A DNA stretch of 64,000 nucleotides from Longimicrobiales bacterium (lineage in GTDB: Bacteria; Gemmatimonadota; Gemmatimonadetes; Longimicrobiales; RSA9): contig DATHVP010000148.1 of the NCBI GenBank assembly GCA_035461245.1, positions 75 through 64,074 on the forward strand, written 5' to 3'. Under the pieces are notes generated by a model. That model had not been told where the DNA came from. It was given only the letters and a program-made list of their open reading frames with translations, and made no database searches. Positions 51,285 through 61,788 of this stretch are shown one piece after another. Numbering within the stretch: position 1 is the stretch's first letter; every line of letters starts with the position of its first letter. The position numbers and the translations under genes were made by a program.

Positions 51285-54200
51285 CTAGAAGTTGACTTCG
51301 ACGCCGAAGGTGAACGTACGGAAGTTCGGGTAGTTGTAGCCGTCCACGCGGGCAAGCGCCGCGGAACCGGTGGTACCACCCGCACGACCGACCTCGGGGT
51401 CGTAGCCATCGTAATTGGTGAACGTCAGCAGGTTGCGGCCCACTGCGCTGAGTGTTGCGCCACTGAAGCCACGCAGGCCGATGGACGACAGCATGTCTTC
51501 CGTGATACGGTAGCTGAGGGACACCTCACGCAGCTTGACGAAGCTGCCGTCCTCCACGAAGCGCGAGCTGGGGTTCAGGCCCGTCACGCCGTAGAGCAGG
51601 TCATAGTAGCCCACCGGCTTGCGCTGCTGCTCCGGCAGGTGGCCCTGGTCGATGATGCCCGCATAGGACTGGAACGTCGCCCACTGCAGCGGCTGGTTGT
51701 AGACGCTGAAGCCCTGCTCGGCATGGAGCAGGCCGTAGAGCGCGAAGTTCCGCCAGCTGAAGTTGCTGGACAGGCCAATGGAGTAGTCGGGCAGCGTGTT
51801 GCCCAGCTCCTGGAACGTGGTCTCCACCTCAAACGTCGGGTCCCAGGTCCAGGCCGCGAACGGGGCGCCCCAGAAGATGGGCTCACCATTGAGCGTGAAC
51901 GGTGCCAGCGTGCCCCAGAAGTGACGCTCCGTGCCGCCGGACGTGTACGTGTTCCAGCCGGCCGTCGGGCTGCCAGCCGCGCCCACCCAGACGAGGAGAC
52001 CCTCGTCGTTGACTGCGAAGTCACTGCACGAGACGCCCGACGGCAGCGTCTGCGGCAGGTCCGCGCAGCTCTGGGCGAACTTCGTGCCGTAGAACGTGCC
52101 CAGACGCTCGGGGGCACGGTAGTAGAAGACCGCGCCCAGGTTCTGGCCGGCCACACCACCCGTGAACGCCGGAACGTTCAGCTCCGCAATGTGCTGACGG
52201 GTCCGGTCGAAGTTGATCCGCGCCGACCAGCCCATGTCCGGACGGTCGAGGATGCGCGTGTCCAGCGACAGCTCAATGGTGTTGGAGGCCAGTGTGCCGG
52301 CGTTCTCCCACCGCGTCGAGAAACCGGCGTAGGCCGGCTGCGGCACCGGGAGGATCTGGTCTTCCGTGCGCACGGTCGCATACGTGGCCACCAGGTTGTA
52401 GCGACCGCCGAAGATCACGTCCAGCCCGAACTCGTGCTCCCGGGAGAATTCCGGACGCAGCGAGCGGTTGCCCAGCGCCACCGGCGTGATGGCGCCGCCC
52501 GAGACACTGTACGTCTCGTACTGCGCCGACCAGTGAGGCCGGCTGCCGGCGGTACCCAGCGAGTAGCGCAGCTTCATCTCGTCAATGGCCGGGAGCGTGA
52601 ACCACGGCTCCTCGGACAGGCGCCACGCCGCTGCGGCACGGTAGTACCAGTTGCGGCGCTCGTCGGGACCGAACAGTGAACTGCCGTCGTTGCGGACCAG
52701 AAGGTCCACGATGTAGCGGTCGTAGAAGTCCAGGTTCGTCAGCGCGAAGTACCCATCGGCCACTTCACGCTGCAGGCCGGACGTACCCGTGCGGGACGTC
52801 GGGTCGGTCACGCCCACCGTCGGCACGTCGGCCACCGACATGCGCGAACCCTGCACCGTGGACCACTCGTAGTCGTTGCGCTCCACCAGGTAGCGGAACT
52901 GGGTCCGCGTGGACAGCGCCTCGTCGAAGAACATGCGGCGGACGGACGCCGTGACGCTGGCATTCAGCGCCTCGGTCCGCTCGTGGGCCCGCCAGATGAA
53001 GCCGTTGTTGATGGCGGCGTTCGGCCGCGCCGTCCGGAAACCGCGCGGATAGAAGTCCTGCTGGTCCAGCTGCAGCCGGTCGTAGCTGACGTTGCCGTCA
53101 ATGTCCAGCCAGCTCAGCGGGGAAACGCGCAGGTTCGTGCTGCCCAGGAAGCGGCCGCGGTTCTCCTCCCACTCGCGGTAGCGGAGCTGGTACAGCGGGT
53201 TGTCGTTCTCGTTGAACGGGTCCGGACGCACGATCATCTCGTCGTCGCCCAGCTGGCACGTCGCCGGGTTGGTGACACAGTTCGGGTCCCGGCGCATCAG
53301 GTCCACACCTGCCGGCATGCGCGTCAGGTTGAAGATGGGGTTGCCCTGGCTCTCCGGGAACTGGTCGGCGTTGGAGCGGCTGTAGTACGCGCTCGCCGAC
53401 AGCGTGATGTTCGGACGCACCGACTGGTCCACGTTCACCCGGAACGCGTTGCGCCTGAGCCCGTCCTGGTACGGCATGACGCCGCCATCCCGCTGGTTCG
53501 TGAACGAGATGTTGAAGTTCGTAGCACCGGTCCGGCCCTCGGCCGCGACGTAATTCTGGTTGAACGCGCCGTCCGTGAAGAAGCGGTCTACCTGATCATA
53601 CGTCGTACCCGGCCACGACTGGCTCTGGATGGTGTTCCACGTGTTCGGCGACTGGCCCGGCAGCGCCATCTGGCCCGCCAGCCGCAGTGCACCGGGGCAC
53701 GTGGCGAAGTCCTCGCACGTGGCGCCCGTCACACGGACGAACTGGTTTCCGTCCATGGCGAAGCGATGCTGCTGCGCCAGGTTGAACGAGCCCTCGATCT
53801 GGCTCTGGCCGTACTCCGACCGCACCGTGTAGCGGACCTGGTCGTCGGCGATGCGCGTGCCCCGGCGCGTCATGATCTGCACAACGCCGTGCGCCGCACG
53901 GGAGCCGTACAGCGAGGCCGCTGCCGCACCCTTTACCACCTCGATGCTCTCGATGTCCAGCGCGTCGATGTCCACCATGCTGGCGCCGAGAATCACGCCG
54001 TCCACGATGAACAGCGGCTCCTGGCTCCGGTTCGACGCGTTGATGCTCGTGGGGCCGCGCAGCAGGATCGACGGCGCCGAGCCCGGCCGGCCGCTGCCCT
54101 GCACCACCGTGGCGCCCGCCACCTTGCCCTGCACCGCCGACGCCGCGCTCACCGCAGGCACCGGCAGGTCCTCCGCCCGCAACTGGCTCACCGTGAACGG

Positions 54201-54620
54201 CATCTTGGCCTGCGGCGTGGCACCCGCCACACCCGTGACCACAATCTCACCGATCTGGAGGGCTGTCTGCGTCAGGCGGAAGTTCACCGTCGCCGTGCGG
54301 CCGGCTTCGACCGTTACGGCCTGGGTCTGCGTCTCGTAGCCCAGGCTGACGACGCGCACCGTCTGCGATCCGGCGGGCACATTCGTCAGCAGGAACCGGC
54401 CCTGGTCATTCGTCACCGCGCCCAGCGTGGTGTTGTCCACCACTACCTGCGCACCAGGCAGCGGACGGCCGCTCGCCTGATCCTGCACCAGCCCGGTCAC
54501 AACACCAGTCTGCTGCGCGTGGAGTCCGGACCAGGTGCCCGCAACCAGAAGCGCAAGCGCTCCCACCAACGAGGCCCTGAACAGTTTTGGCATAGCCCCT
54601 CCGAGTAAATGAGACTTCAT
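51285..54620 (-). CDS. SusC/RagA family TonB-linked outer membrane protein
   Basis: N-terminal carboxypeptidase-regulatory-like domain (GVVTGLVQD..G.PLPGAQVVV...TNDQGRFLL), a plug domain, a roughly 1100-aa barrel and a terminal ...FGVEVNF. The start could be 54620 or 54590. Confidence 0.9.
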   Translation of the reverse strand: MKSHLLGGAMPKLFRASLVGALALLVAGTWSGLHAQQTGVVTGLVQDQASGRPLPGAQVVVDNTTLGAVTNDQGRFLLTNVPAGSQTVRVVSLGYETQTQAVTVEAGRTATVNFRLTQTALQIGEIVVTGVAGATPQAKMPFTVSQLRAEDLPVPAVSAASAVQGKVAGATVVQGSGRPGSAPSILLRGPTSINASNRSQEPLFIVDGVILGASMVDIDALDIESIEVVKGAAAASLYGSRAAHGVVQIMTRRGTRIADDQVRYTVRSEYGQSQIEGSFNLAQQHRFAMDGNQFVRVTGATCEDFATCPGALRLAGQMALPGQSPNTWNTIQSQSWPGTTYDQVDRFFTDGAFNQNYVAAEGRTGATNFNISFTNQRDGGVMPYQDGLRRNAFRVNVDQSVRPNITLSASAYYSRSNADQFPESQGNPIFNLTRMPAGVDLMRRDPNCVTNPATCQLGDDEMIVRPDPFNENDNPLYQLRYREWEENRGRFLGSTNLRVSPLSWLDIDGNVSYDRLQLDQQDFYPRGFRTARPNAAINNGFIWRAHERTEALNASVTASVRRMFFDEALSTRTQFRYLVERNDYEWSTVQGSRMSVADVPTVGVTDPTSRTGTSGLQREVADGYFALTNLDFYDRYIVDLLVRNDGSSLFGPDERRNWYYRAAAAWRLSEEPWFTLPAIDEMKLRYSLGTAGSRPHWSAQYETYSVSGGAITPVALGNRSLRPEFSREHEFGLDVIFGGRYNLVATYATVRTEDQILPVPQPAYAGFSTRWENAGTLASNTIELSLDTRILDRPDMGWSARINFDRTRQHIAELNVPAFTGGVAGQNLGAVFYYRAPERLGTFYGTKFAQSCADLPQTLPSGVSCSDFAVNDEGLLVWVGAAGSPTAGWNTYTSGGTERHFWGTLAPFTLNGEPIFWGAPFAAWTWDPTFEVETTFQELGNTLPDYSIGLSSNFSWRNFALYGLLHAEQGFSVYNQPLQWATFQSYAGIIDQGHLPEQQRKPVGYYDLLYGVTGLNPSSRFVEDGSFVKLREVSLSYRITEDMLSSIGLRGFSGATLSAVGRNLLTFTNYDGYDPEVGRAGGTTGSAALARVDGYNYPNFRTFTFGVEVNF

Positions 54621-54825
54621 TGTACGACCTGCCCTATAACGAAAATGGCAGCCCGGCCTCCCGGGCCGGACGTGCCATCATCGCACTAAGCAAACGCCCG
54701 AGGCGTGACGAATGTGACATCTTGAGGGACGGGATGCCAGTACCCGTATGTGAACGAATTTGCATGCACTTGCAGCCCGGCGGACACCATGGCGGGATGG
54801 GTCGATCTGACCTATCGTGGCGCCC

Positions 54826-56808
54826 ATGGTCATCTGCGTCGCCGTCGATACGGGCGGTACCTTCACGGACGTTGTACTTCGGACGGACAACGGCGTGGCC
54901 ACGCTGAAGCTGGCGTCCACCCCCGACGACCCGTCAGCTGCGGTTGTGACCGGGGTACGGGCGGCGCTCGAGGCCGCGACGGCCCGGCAGGCAGGCGCCC
55001 CGACGCTTGCGCACGCTGACGTGCTGATGCACGGGACCACCGTGGCCACGAACGCGCTGCTGGAAGGACGCGGTGCACGTACCGCGCTGGTCACCAACCG
55101 TGGATTCGAGGATATCCTCGCCATTGGCCGGCAGGCCCGCCCGGGCCTCTACGCGCTGCACGGAGACCGGCCTCCCCCGCTGGTACCGGACGAGCTCCGC
55201 ATCGGCGTGTCCGGCCGTCTGGCTCCGGACGGTGAGGAACTGGAGCCGCTGGACGAAGCCGATCACGAGCGGATCCGCGCGGCGCTGTCAGGAGCCGGCG
55301 CAGAATCCATCGCGGTGGTGCTGCTCCACAGCTACGCAAACCCTGCTCACGAGCGCGTGGTGGCCGAGGCCGTACGCGGGCTGGGCCTGCCGATATCGGT
55401 ATCCAGCGAGTTGCTGCCGGAGTTCAGGGAATACGAACGCACAGCGACGACGGTGGCCAACGCCTGCGTTTCGCCGATCATGTCCGGCTACCTGGCGCGC
55501 CTGGCCGGATCCGGCGTCGCGCAGCGGATCCGTGTCATGGGCTCCGGCGGCGGCGTGCTGTCCCTGGAGCGTGCGCGGGAAGCGCCGGCGCATACCATTC
55601 TCTCGGGTCCTGCCGGTGGGGTGGCGGCGGCACTCCACGTGGCCGGCCGCCACGACATCAGCAACATCATGACGTTCGACATGGGGGGCACGTCCACGGA
55701 CGTGTCCCTCTGCCCCGGCCGGCCGCTGCATACCCGTGATTTCTCCGTGGCGGGCGTTCCTGTGGCGCTGCCCATGCTGGACATTCACACTGTCGGAGCC
55801 GGGGGCGGCTCCATCGCCCGCCTGGACGAGGGCGGCGCCCTGCGCGTCGGCCCGGCCAGCGCCGGCGCGGTGCCAGGCCCGGTGTGCTACGGCCGCGGCG
55901 GCACCGACATCACGGTCACCGACGCGAATGTCGCCCTCGGCCGGCTGCCCCGTGCCATGGGCGCGCTGCAGCTGGACGCCACACTCGTCACGGCGCCGCT
56001 CCAGCGCCTGGCGGCTGACCTGGGCTGCACCCCCGCCGAAGCAGCGGAAGGTGTGGTGGCCGTGGTGAACGCAGCCATGGAAGGCGCCCTGCGGATCATC
56101 AGCGTGGAACGCGGCCACGACCCCGCCGACTTCACGCTGATCCCCTTCGGTGGCGCCGCGGGGCTGCACGCGGTGGCGCTGGCGGAGCGTCTGGAGATCC
56201 CGCAGCTGCTGCTGCCGCCAGCGCCGGGGGTGCTGTCCGCGTTCGGCATGTTGGTGGCGCCAGTTCGCAAGGACGTCTCCCGCACGGTCATGCTTGCCGA
56301 TCCGGACGACAGGCAACTCATGCCGATCTTCCGGGAACTGGAGGAGACGGCCCGGGCGGCCATGGCCCTGGAGGAACTGGCCGACGCCGACGTCGTAATC
56401 AACCGGTGGGTGGCCGCTCGGTACCGGGGGCAGAGCCATGAGCTGACGGTCCCGGCGGTCGGCTGGCGGGACGCGTTCCACGACGCCCATGAGCAGCGCT
56501 TCGGCTTCGCCCTGCGGGACGCCGCACTGGAGGCAGTGACGCTGGGCGTGGAGGCCACAGGTCCCCCGCCGGTGGTGCCGGCGCCGGAACTCCCGCTGGC
56601 GGACGGACCCACCCCGGGAGCAGGCGCCGGTCCGGTGCGTTTCGAGGGCGACGTCGTCGAGGCTACCTTCCACGAGCGTGCGGCGCTCCGGGCGGGTCAC
56701 ACCGTGCACGGCCCCGCCGTGCTGCTGGAGGACACGGCAACGTTCTGGCTGCCGCCCGGCTGGCGGCTGGAGGTGCTGGCCGATGGCAGCTGTATCTGCA
56801 CGAGATAG
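54826..56808 (+). CDS. Hydantoinase/oxoprolinase A family protein (HyuA-like)
   Basis: N-terminal VAVDTGGTFTDVV. Length and internal motifs (GGTSTDVS, VGAGGGSIA) fit the family. No HyuB partner is adjacent. Confidence 0.85.
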   Translation: MVICVAVDTGGTFTDVVLRTDNGVATLKLASTPDDPSAAVVTGVRAALEAATARQAGAPTLAHADVLMHGTTVATNALLEGRGARTALVTNRGFEDILAIGRQARPGLYALHGDRPPPLVPDELRIGVSGRLAPDGEELEPLDEADHERIRAALSGAGAESIAVVLLHSYANPAHERVVAEAVRGLGLPISVSSELLPEFREYERTATTVANACVSPIMSGYLARLAGSGVAQRIRVMGSGGGVLSLERAREAPAHTILSGPAGGVAAALHVAGRHDISNIMTFDMGGTSTDVSLCPGRPLHTRDFSVAGVPVALPMLDIHTVGAGGGSIARLDEGGALRVGPASAGAVPGPVCYGRGGTDITVTDANVALGRLPRAMGALQLDATLVTAPLQRLAADLGCTPAEAAEGVVAVVNAAMEGALRIISVERGHDPADFTLIPFGGAAGLHAVALAERLEIPQLLLPPAPGVLSAFGMLVAPVRKDVSRTVMLADPDDRQLMPIFRELEETARAAMALEELADADVVINRWVAARYRGQSHELTVPAVGWRDAFHDAHEQRFGFALRDAALEAVTLGVEATGPPPVVPAPELPLADGPTPGAGAGPVRFEGDVVEATFHERAALRAGHTVHGPAVLLEDTATFWLPPGWRLEVLADGSCICTR

Positions 56809-56888
56809 CTGTACCTGCACGAGATGAGGTTCCACCGCGGGACCGCTGGTTGAACCGGGCGAACGCGCCCGACGCAAAGGGAGAATTG

Positions 56889-58448
56889 ATGCGGCTGACA
56901 CGAGTCCGAACCGTTGTGATGACAGTGGTACTGGCGGCCTGCGGTGTTGCCCCGGCCGCGGCCCAGACGTTCCGGTCCGACGACCCGGTGATCCGGCAGA
57001 TGTGGCTGGAGGGCATGGAGCGCTCGCAGGCCGAGCGCCTCGCCCAGGTCCTCATGGACTCCATCGGCCACCGGCTGTCCGGCAGTCCCGGCTACGAGTC
57101 TGCCGGCGCGTGGATCCTCCAGCGCTATGCCGACTGGGGCGTGCCGGCGCGGCAACACGAGTACGGCACCTGGCGCGGCTGGAACGGCGGCTCGCTGCTG
57201 GTGAACCTGGTGGCGCCCCGCGTCCAGACGCTCGAGGCCAACTGGCTGGCGTGGAGCCCCGGCACGAACGGACGGCCGGTGCAGGCGGATGTCGTGATCA
57301 TTCCCGAGTTCGCCAGCACTGCCGAAGCCGAGGCCTGGCTGGGCACCATCCGTGGCCGCGCCATACTGGCTTCACCGCCGGAGGCCACCTGCCGGGAGCC
57401 GCAGGCAATGGCAGCCCTGGCCCGGCCCGAGACCGTCCAGCGGCTGGCCGAGGAGCGGGCCCGCACCCGCGCGTCCTGGCAGCGCCGGATGGCGGCCCTC
57501 GGCCAGGGCGCCCACGCCCGGCTTGAACAGGCCGGCGTCGCCGCGGTGCTCACCTCCCGCTGGTCCGAGGGCTGGGGCGTGAACAAGGTCTTCGACGCAC
57601 CGACGACGCAGGTACCGGCCCTCGACATCTCGTGCGAGGACTACGGCCTGCTCTACCGCCTCGCCGCCAACAACCAGGGCCCGCGCGTCATGATCCAGGG
57701 CGAGGCCGAGAACCGGGGCACAGTGCCCATGTTCAGCGTCATCGCCGAGTTGCGCGGCACAGAGCTGCCCGATGAGTACGTGGTGCTCTCCGCCCACCTG
57801 GACAGCTGGCACGCCGGCACCGGCGCCACGGACAACGGCACCGGCACCATCATGATGCTGGAGGCCATGCGCATCCTGCGGGCGGCGTACCCGAACCCAC
57901 GGCGCACCATCATCGTCGGCCACTGGGGCGGCGAGGAGCAGGGGCTGATCGGGTCGCGGGCGTTTGGCGAGGACCATCCGGAAGTGCTGGAGGGGATGCA
58001 GGCACTGTTCAACCAGGATAACGGCACCTGGCGCATCGAGTACCTGGAGGGCCAGGGCTATCTCCACGCCGGCGAGCACCTCGCCCGCTGGATCTCGAAC
58101 GTGCCGCTGGAGATCAGCAGCCATGTGGAACTGGATTTCCCGGGCCAGCAGATCAACGCCGGCAGTGACCACACCGCGTTCATCTGCCACGGCGTGCCGG
58201 CGTTTCGGTTCCAGTCCCATTACGACGAGTACCGTCAGTACACCTGGCACACGAACCGGGACACGTTCGACAAGATCGTCCTGGACGATCTCATGAACAA
58301 CGCGACGCTGGCGGCGATGGTGGCGTACATGGCGTCCGAGGACCCGCGGCGGGTTCCCCGCGATCGCGCTACCCTGCCGACGGGACCCACGGGCCAGGAG
58401 CGTCGCTGGCCGACATGCGCGCCGGCACGCAGGAGCTGGCAGCCTTAG
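56889..58448 (+). CDS. M28 family metallopeptidase
   Basis: The ATG at 56889 gives a signal peptide (VVLAACGVAPAAAQ). M28 motifs are SAHLDSWHAGTGATDNGTG and HWGGEEQGLIGS. Confidence 0.85.
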   Translation: MRLTRVRTVVMTVVLAACGVAPAAAQTFRSDDPVIRQMWLEGMERSQAERLAQVLMDSIGHRLSGSPGYESAGAWILQRYADWGVPARQHEYGTWRGWNGGSLLVNLVAPRVQTLEANWLAWSPGTNGRPVQADVVIIPEFASTAEAEAWLGTIRGRAILASPPEATCREPQAMAALARPETVQRLAEERARTRASWQRRMAALGQGAHARLEQAGVAAVLTSRWSEGWGVNKVFDAPTTQVPALDISCEDYGLLYRLAANNQGPRVMIQGEAENRGTVPMFSVIAELRGTELPDEYVVLSAHLDSWHAGTGATDNGTGTIMMLEAMRILRAAYPNPRRTIIVGHWGGEEQGLIGSRAFGEDHPEVLEGMQALFNQDNGTWRIEYLEGQGYLHAGEHLARWISNVPLEISSHVELDFPGQQINAGSDHTAFICHGVPAFRFQSHYDEYRQYTWHTNRDTFDKIVLDDLMNNATLAAMVAYMASEDPRRVPRDRATLPTGPTGQERRWPTCAPARRSWQP

Positions 58449-58611
58449 AACCGTCGCCGAAGCCGGCGCCCCGCAGCCGGTGCGCGGCCGGCCCGGCGTG
58501 GCCGGCCCGGCGGCGCCGCCGTGGCCCGGGCCATGCGGCTGTCCGCCGCCGGGCCCGGCCACTTCGCGTTCCGGGTCGGCCGAAGCCAACACAGCGTCAG
58601 GAGAGACGGAT

Positions 58612-59229
58612 ATGGCGGCGCAACATGCACGGATCATTACGGCTGCACTGCTACTCGCGGGGCTCACGGCCCTCATGCCGTCGCGGGCGGATGCCCAACT
58701 GAACCTGCAGGTCGTGCCGAAGATAGGCGTCTTCACGCCGCTGGCGCCGTTCGGCGAGACGTCGGAGCTGCAGAGCACGCTGGCCCTCGGCCTGGCCGCT
58801 GAGCTGCTGCTGCCGTCGTGGCCGGTGAACCTGCGAGCCAACCTGGAGCACGCCACCACCACGGACATCGTCCGGCGTGACGCCAGTGAGACAGTGCTGG
58901 GGACCGCCCGCATCACCACCGTGGTCGGCGACGTGGTGCTCCGACCCTTTGCGGCCCCTGCCACGTTCCAACCCTACCTGCTGGCGGGCGGCGGTGTGAA
59001 GATCCACGAAATCGACCGGGAAGTCGGCACGCTCGACCTGTCAGGTCTGGCCGAGCGGTTCACCCGCGGCACCCTCCACGTGGGCGGCGGCGTTGACGCC
59101 CGCTTCGGCCCGCTGGCCGTGCTGCTCGAGGTGGGCAACTACATGAGCACGGTGGAGGCCGTGTCCGGCGAGTCCCGCGTCCAGCACGACGCCTTCGGCA
59201 TGCTCGGGTTCCGGGTCAGCATGTTCTGA
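58612..59229 (+). CDS. Outer membrane beta-barrel protein
   Basis: An AGGAGAG Shine-Dalgarno precedes the ATG at 58612. Signal peptide ...MPSRADAQ, alternating-strand pattern and a C-terminal GFRVSMF ending in Phe. Confidence 0.65.
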   Translation: MAAQHARIITAALLLAGLTALMPSRADAQLNLQVVPKIGVFTPLAPFGETSELQSTLALGLAAELLLPSWPVNLRANLEHATTTDIVRRDASETVLGTARITTVVGDVVLRPFAAPATFQPYLLAGGGVKIHEIDREVGTLDLSGLAERFTRGTLHVGGGVDARFGPLAVLLEVGNYMSTVEAVSGESRVQHDAFGMLGFRVSMF

Positions 59230-59305
59230 GGCCAAGTCTTCTCGCCCGACCGCCCCGCCTGTATCTTGTGAGGTTTGGCCCCGAAGCGAACCAGAAGAAA
59301 CCGAA

Positions 59306-61750
59306 ATGACGCGAGTGGAAGAGCAGCCTGTGCCGGTAGCGCGGCGGCGGCGCGGTGAGCCTGTCGTGGTGGAGGCGTACCACCCACCCTACCTGGCGGC
59401 GGGGCTGGCGGCGCTGGGCGTCTTCGCGCTGTACGCCATCACGCTGAGTCCCACCACATGGTTCTGGGACACCAGCGAATACATCGCCACGGGCTACATC
59501 ATGGGCATCCCGCACCCGCCGGGTAACCCCCTGTTCGTGGTGCTGGCCCGGGCGTGGCACATCCTGCTGGAGCCGACGGGCCTGTCCACGGCCGTGCGCA
59601 TCAACCTGTTCAGTGCGGCCATGAGCGCCGGTGCCCATGGGTTCTGGTTCCTCATGGCGGACCGGATCCTGGCGTTCTACTCCACGGACCGGACGTTCCG
59701 TCTCATTGGCGCGTCCGCGGCCGTTCTCATCAGCGCCACGGCGTTCACGGTCTGGAACCAGTCCAATGTCAACGAGAAGGTTTACACCGTCACCCTGTTC
59801 ACGATCGCGCTGATGTCGTGGCTGGCGTTCCGGTGGCGGGAGCACCTGGGCCGGGGCAAGGACGACAACCTGATCCTGCTCATGGTCTTCATCCTGGCGC
59901 TGTCGGTGGGCAACCACCTAATGGCGTTCCTGGCCGCGCCTGCGCTGGTGGCGTTCATCCTGCTGGTGGAGCCGCGCACCCTGCTCAACTGGCGGCTGTA
60001 CGCCGCCGGCGTGGTCGCAGTGATCCTGGGCCTGTCCGTGCACCTGTTCCTGCCCATCCGCTCTGGACTGAACCCCATCATCAACGAGGCAGCGCCGACG
60101 TGCGAGACGGTGAGTTCGGCGCTTGTGAGCGTCGTCACCATGGGCAACGCCGGCTGTCCGGACCTGTCGGCAGCGCTGGCCCGCGAGCAGTATGACAAGC
60201 CGTCCATGTTCCTGGACCCCGTCGCGTATCGACGCGGGCAGGAGGTGCCGCGCGGAGCGGGCCTCCTCGTCGCCCAGTACATGAACTACTTCCAGTACTT
60301 CGACTGGCAGTGGGCGCGGTCGGTGCGCGGCCTGTATTCGAACCTGCCGCCCGCCCGCGTCATCTTCACCCTGGGCTTCATCTTCCTCGGCCTGTTCGGC
60401 GCGTGGTCACACTACAAGCGGGACCGCACCAGCTTCGTCTACGTGGGCCTGCTCTTCTTCACGCTGGCCGTTGGGCTGACGTTCTACCTGAACTTCCAGT
60501 ACGGCTACACGTCGGGCGTGTCCCGGGAGATGACGGAGGTCCGTGAGCGGGACTACTTCTTCATCGTCAGCTTCTCCCTCTGGGGCGTCTGGGCGGGCAT
60601 TGGCCTGGCCGCGCTGTGGCTGTGGCTGTCCCAGCGCCTGGCCGCGGGCACCGATGCCGCCCGGCAGGCCGTGCTGGAGCGAATGCCGGCCCCTTCGCTG
60701 CGGCCGTCCTGGGCGACGGCGCCCGTCATGGTCCTTGCGCTGATCCCCCTCTTCGCCAACTGGACGTGGGCGAACCGGAACTACGACTATTCGGCCCGGG
60801 ACTGGGCGTACAACCTGCTCATGAGCGTGGAGCCGTACGGCGTGCTGTTCACCAATGGCGACAACGACACGTTCCCGCTGTGGTACCTGCAGGAAGTGGA
60901 GGGGCTGCGTCGCGACGTGACGGTCATCGTGATGAGCTACCTGAACACGCCGTGGTATGCCAAGCAGATCCGCGACCTGACGGCGCCGTGCGCGCCGGGC
61001 ACGTCGGCGGACCAGGACCGCACGCGCATCATCTGCCAGCGGCCCTACCTGCCGAGCCCGGCGATGCCGGAGTACAGTGCACTCGCCACGGGCGACACCG
61101 CGGGTGTGAGCGCGGAGGGGACGCCGGGCGGCCCGCCGACGCGCAGCATCCTGCCGCTGGACGACGCGGAGATCGACGGCATCACGAGCACGCCGCCGTA
61201 CCTGACGCGCGACAACCTGACGTTCCGCGCGCACAACATCGAGGCGGTGATCCCGCGCGAGACGCTGATGCTGCCGGCGGACGTGCTGCTGGCGAACATC
61301 ATCGACACGGCGATGGGCGACCGCCCGATCTACTTCGCGATGACGACGCAGGCGTACGACGAACTGAGCCTGCGCCCGTTCCTGATCCGCCACGGCGTTG
61401 CGTTCAAGCTGAACGACGGCCCGGTGACGGAGGACCCGGCGCGCGGCATCTACGCGTTCCCGGAGGGCAACCCGCTGAGCCGCTTCGTGGGGCCGTACGT
61501 GGACGTGCCGCGCACCGAGAAGCTGCTGAACGAGGTGTTCATGCACCGCGGCGGGTTCCCCGACGGCTGGGGTCACTGGGTGGACGTGGCGACCGAGAAC
61601 ATGCCGGCGTACTACGGCTACTCGCACCTGGGCATGGCGTACCTGTACGCGATGCACGGCCAGCAGGAGGCGTCGGCGCGTCACGAGGCCCGCGGCAACC
61701 AGTGGGTGAAGCTGGCGAACATGCGCTACGACGCGGCAAACGCGCGGTAG
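59306..61750 (+). CDS. DUF2723/GT117-like polytopic membrane glycosyltransferase
   Basis: 814 aa. The N-terminal half has many transmembrane helices and the motif FWDTSEY...PHPPGNPLF typical of DUF2723 proteins. The C-terminal domain is soluble. Confidence 0.75.
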   Translation: MTRVEEQPVPVARRRRGEPVVVEAYHPPYLAAGLAALGVFALYAITLSPTTWFWDTSEYIATGYIMGIPHPPGNPLFVVLARAWHILLEPTGLSTAVRINLFSAAMSAGAHGFWFLMADRILAFYSTDRTFRLIGASAAVLISATAFTVWNQSNVNEKVYTVTLFTIALMSWLAFRWREHLGRGKDDNLILLMVFILALSVGNHLMAFLAAPALVAFILLVEPRTLLNWRLYAAGVVAVILGLSVHLFLPIRSGLNPIINEAAPTCETVSSALVSVVTMGNAGCPDLSAALAREQYDKPSMFLDPVAYRRGQEVPRGAGLLVAQYMNYFQYFDWQWARSVRGLYSNLPPARVIFTLGFIFLGLFGAWSHYKRDRTSFVYVGLLFFTLAVGLTFYLNFQYGYTSGVSREMTEVRERDYFFIVSFSLWGVWAGIGLAALWLWLSQRLAAGTDAARQAVLERMPAPSLRPSWATAPVMVLALIPLFANWTWANRNYDYSARDWAYNLLMSVEPYGVLFTNGDNDTFPLWYLQEVEGLRRDVTVIVMSYLNTPWYAKQIRDLTAPCAPGTSADQDRTRIICQRPYLPSPAMPEYSALATGDTAGVSAEGTPGGPPTRSILPLDDAEIDGITSTPPYLTRDNLTFRAHNIEAVIPRETLMLPADVLLANIIDTAMGDRPIYFAMTTQAYDELSLRPFLIRHGVAFKLNDGPVTEDPARGIYAFPEGNPLSRFVGPYVDVPRTEKLLNEVFMHRGGFPDGWGHWVDVATENMPAYYGYSHLGMAYLYAMHGQQEASARHEARGNQWVKLANMRYDAANAR

Positions 61751-61788
61751 CGGTGTGAAGCCCGACGCGCGGGCCGCACCGACATCGA

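Noticed and set aside
52983-54608. 541-aa plus-strand ORF
   Set aside because: It is antisense to the SusC-like TonB-linked receptor gene and has shadow-ORF composition.
57372-58964. 530-aa minus-strand ORF
   Set aside because: It is antisense to the M28 peptidase and OMP genes and has shadow-ORF composition.
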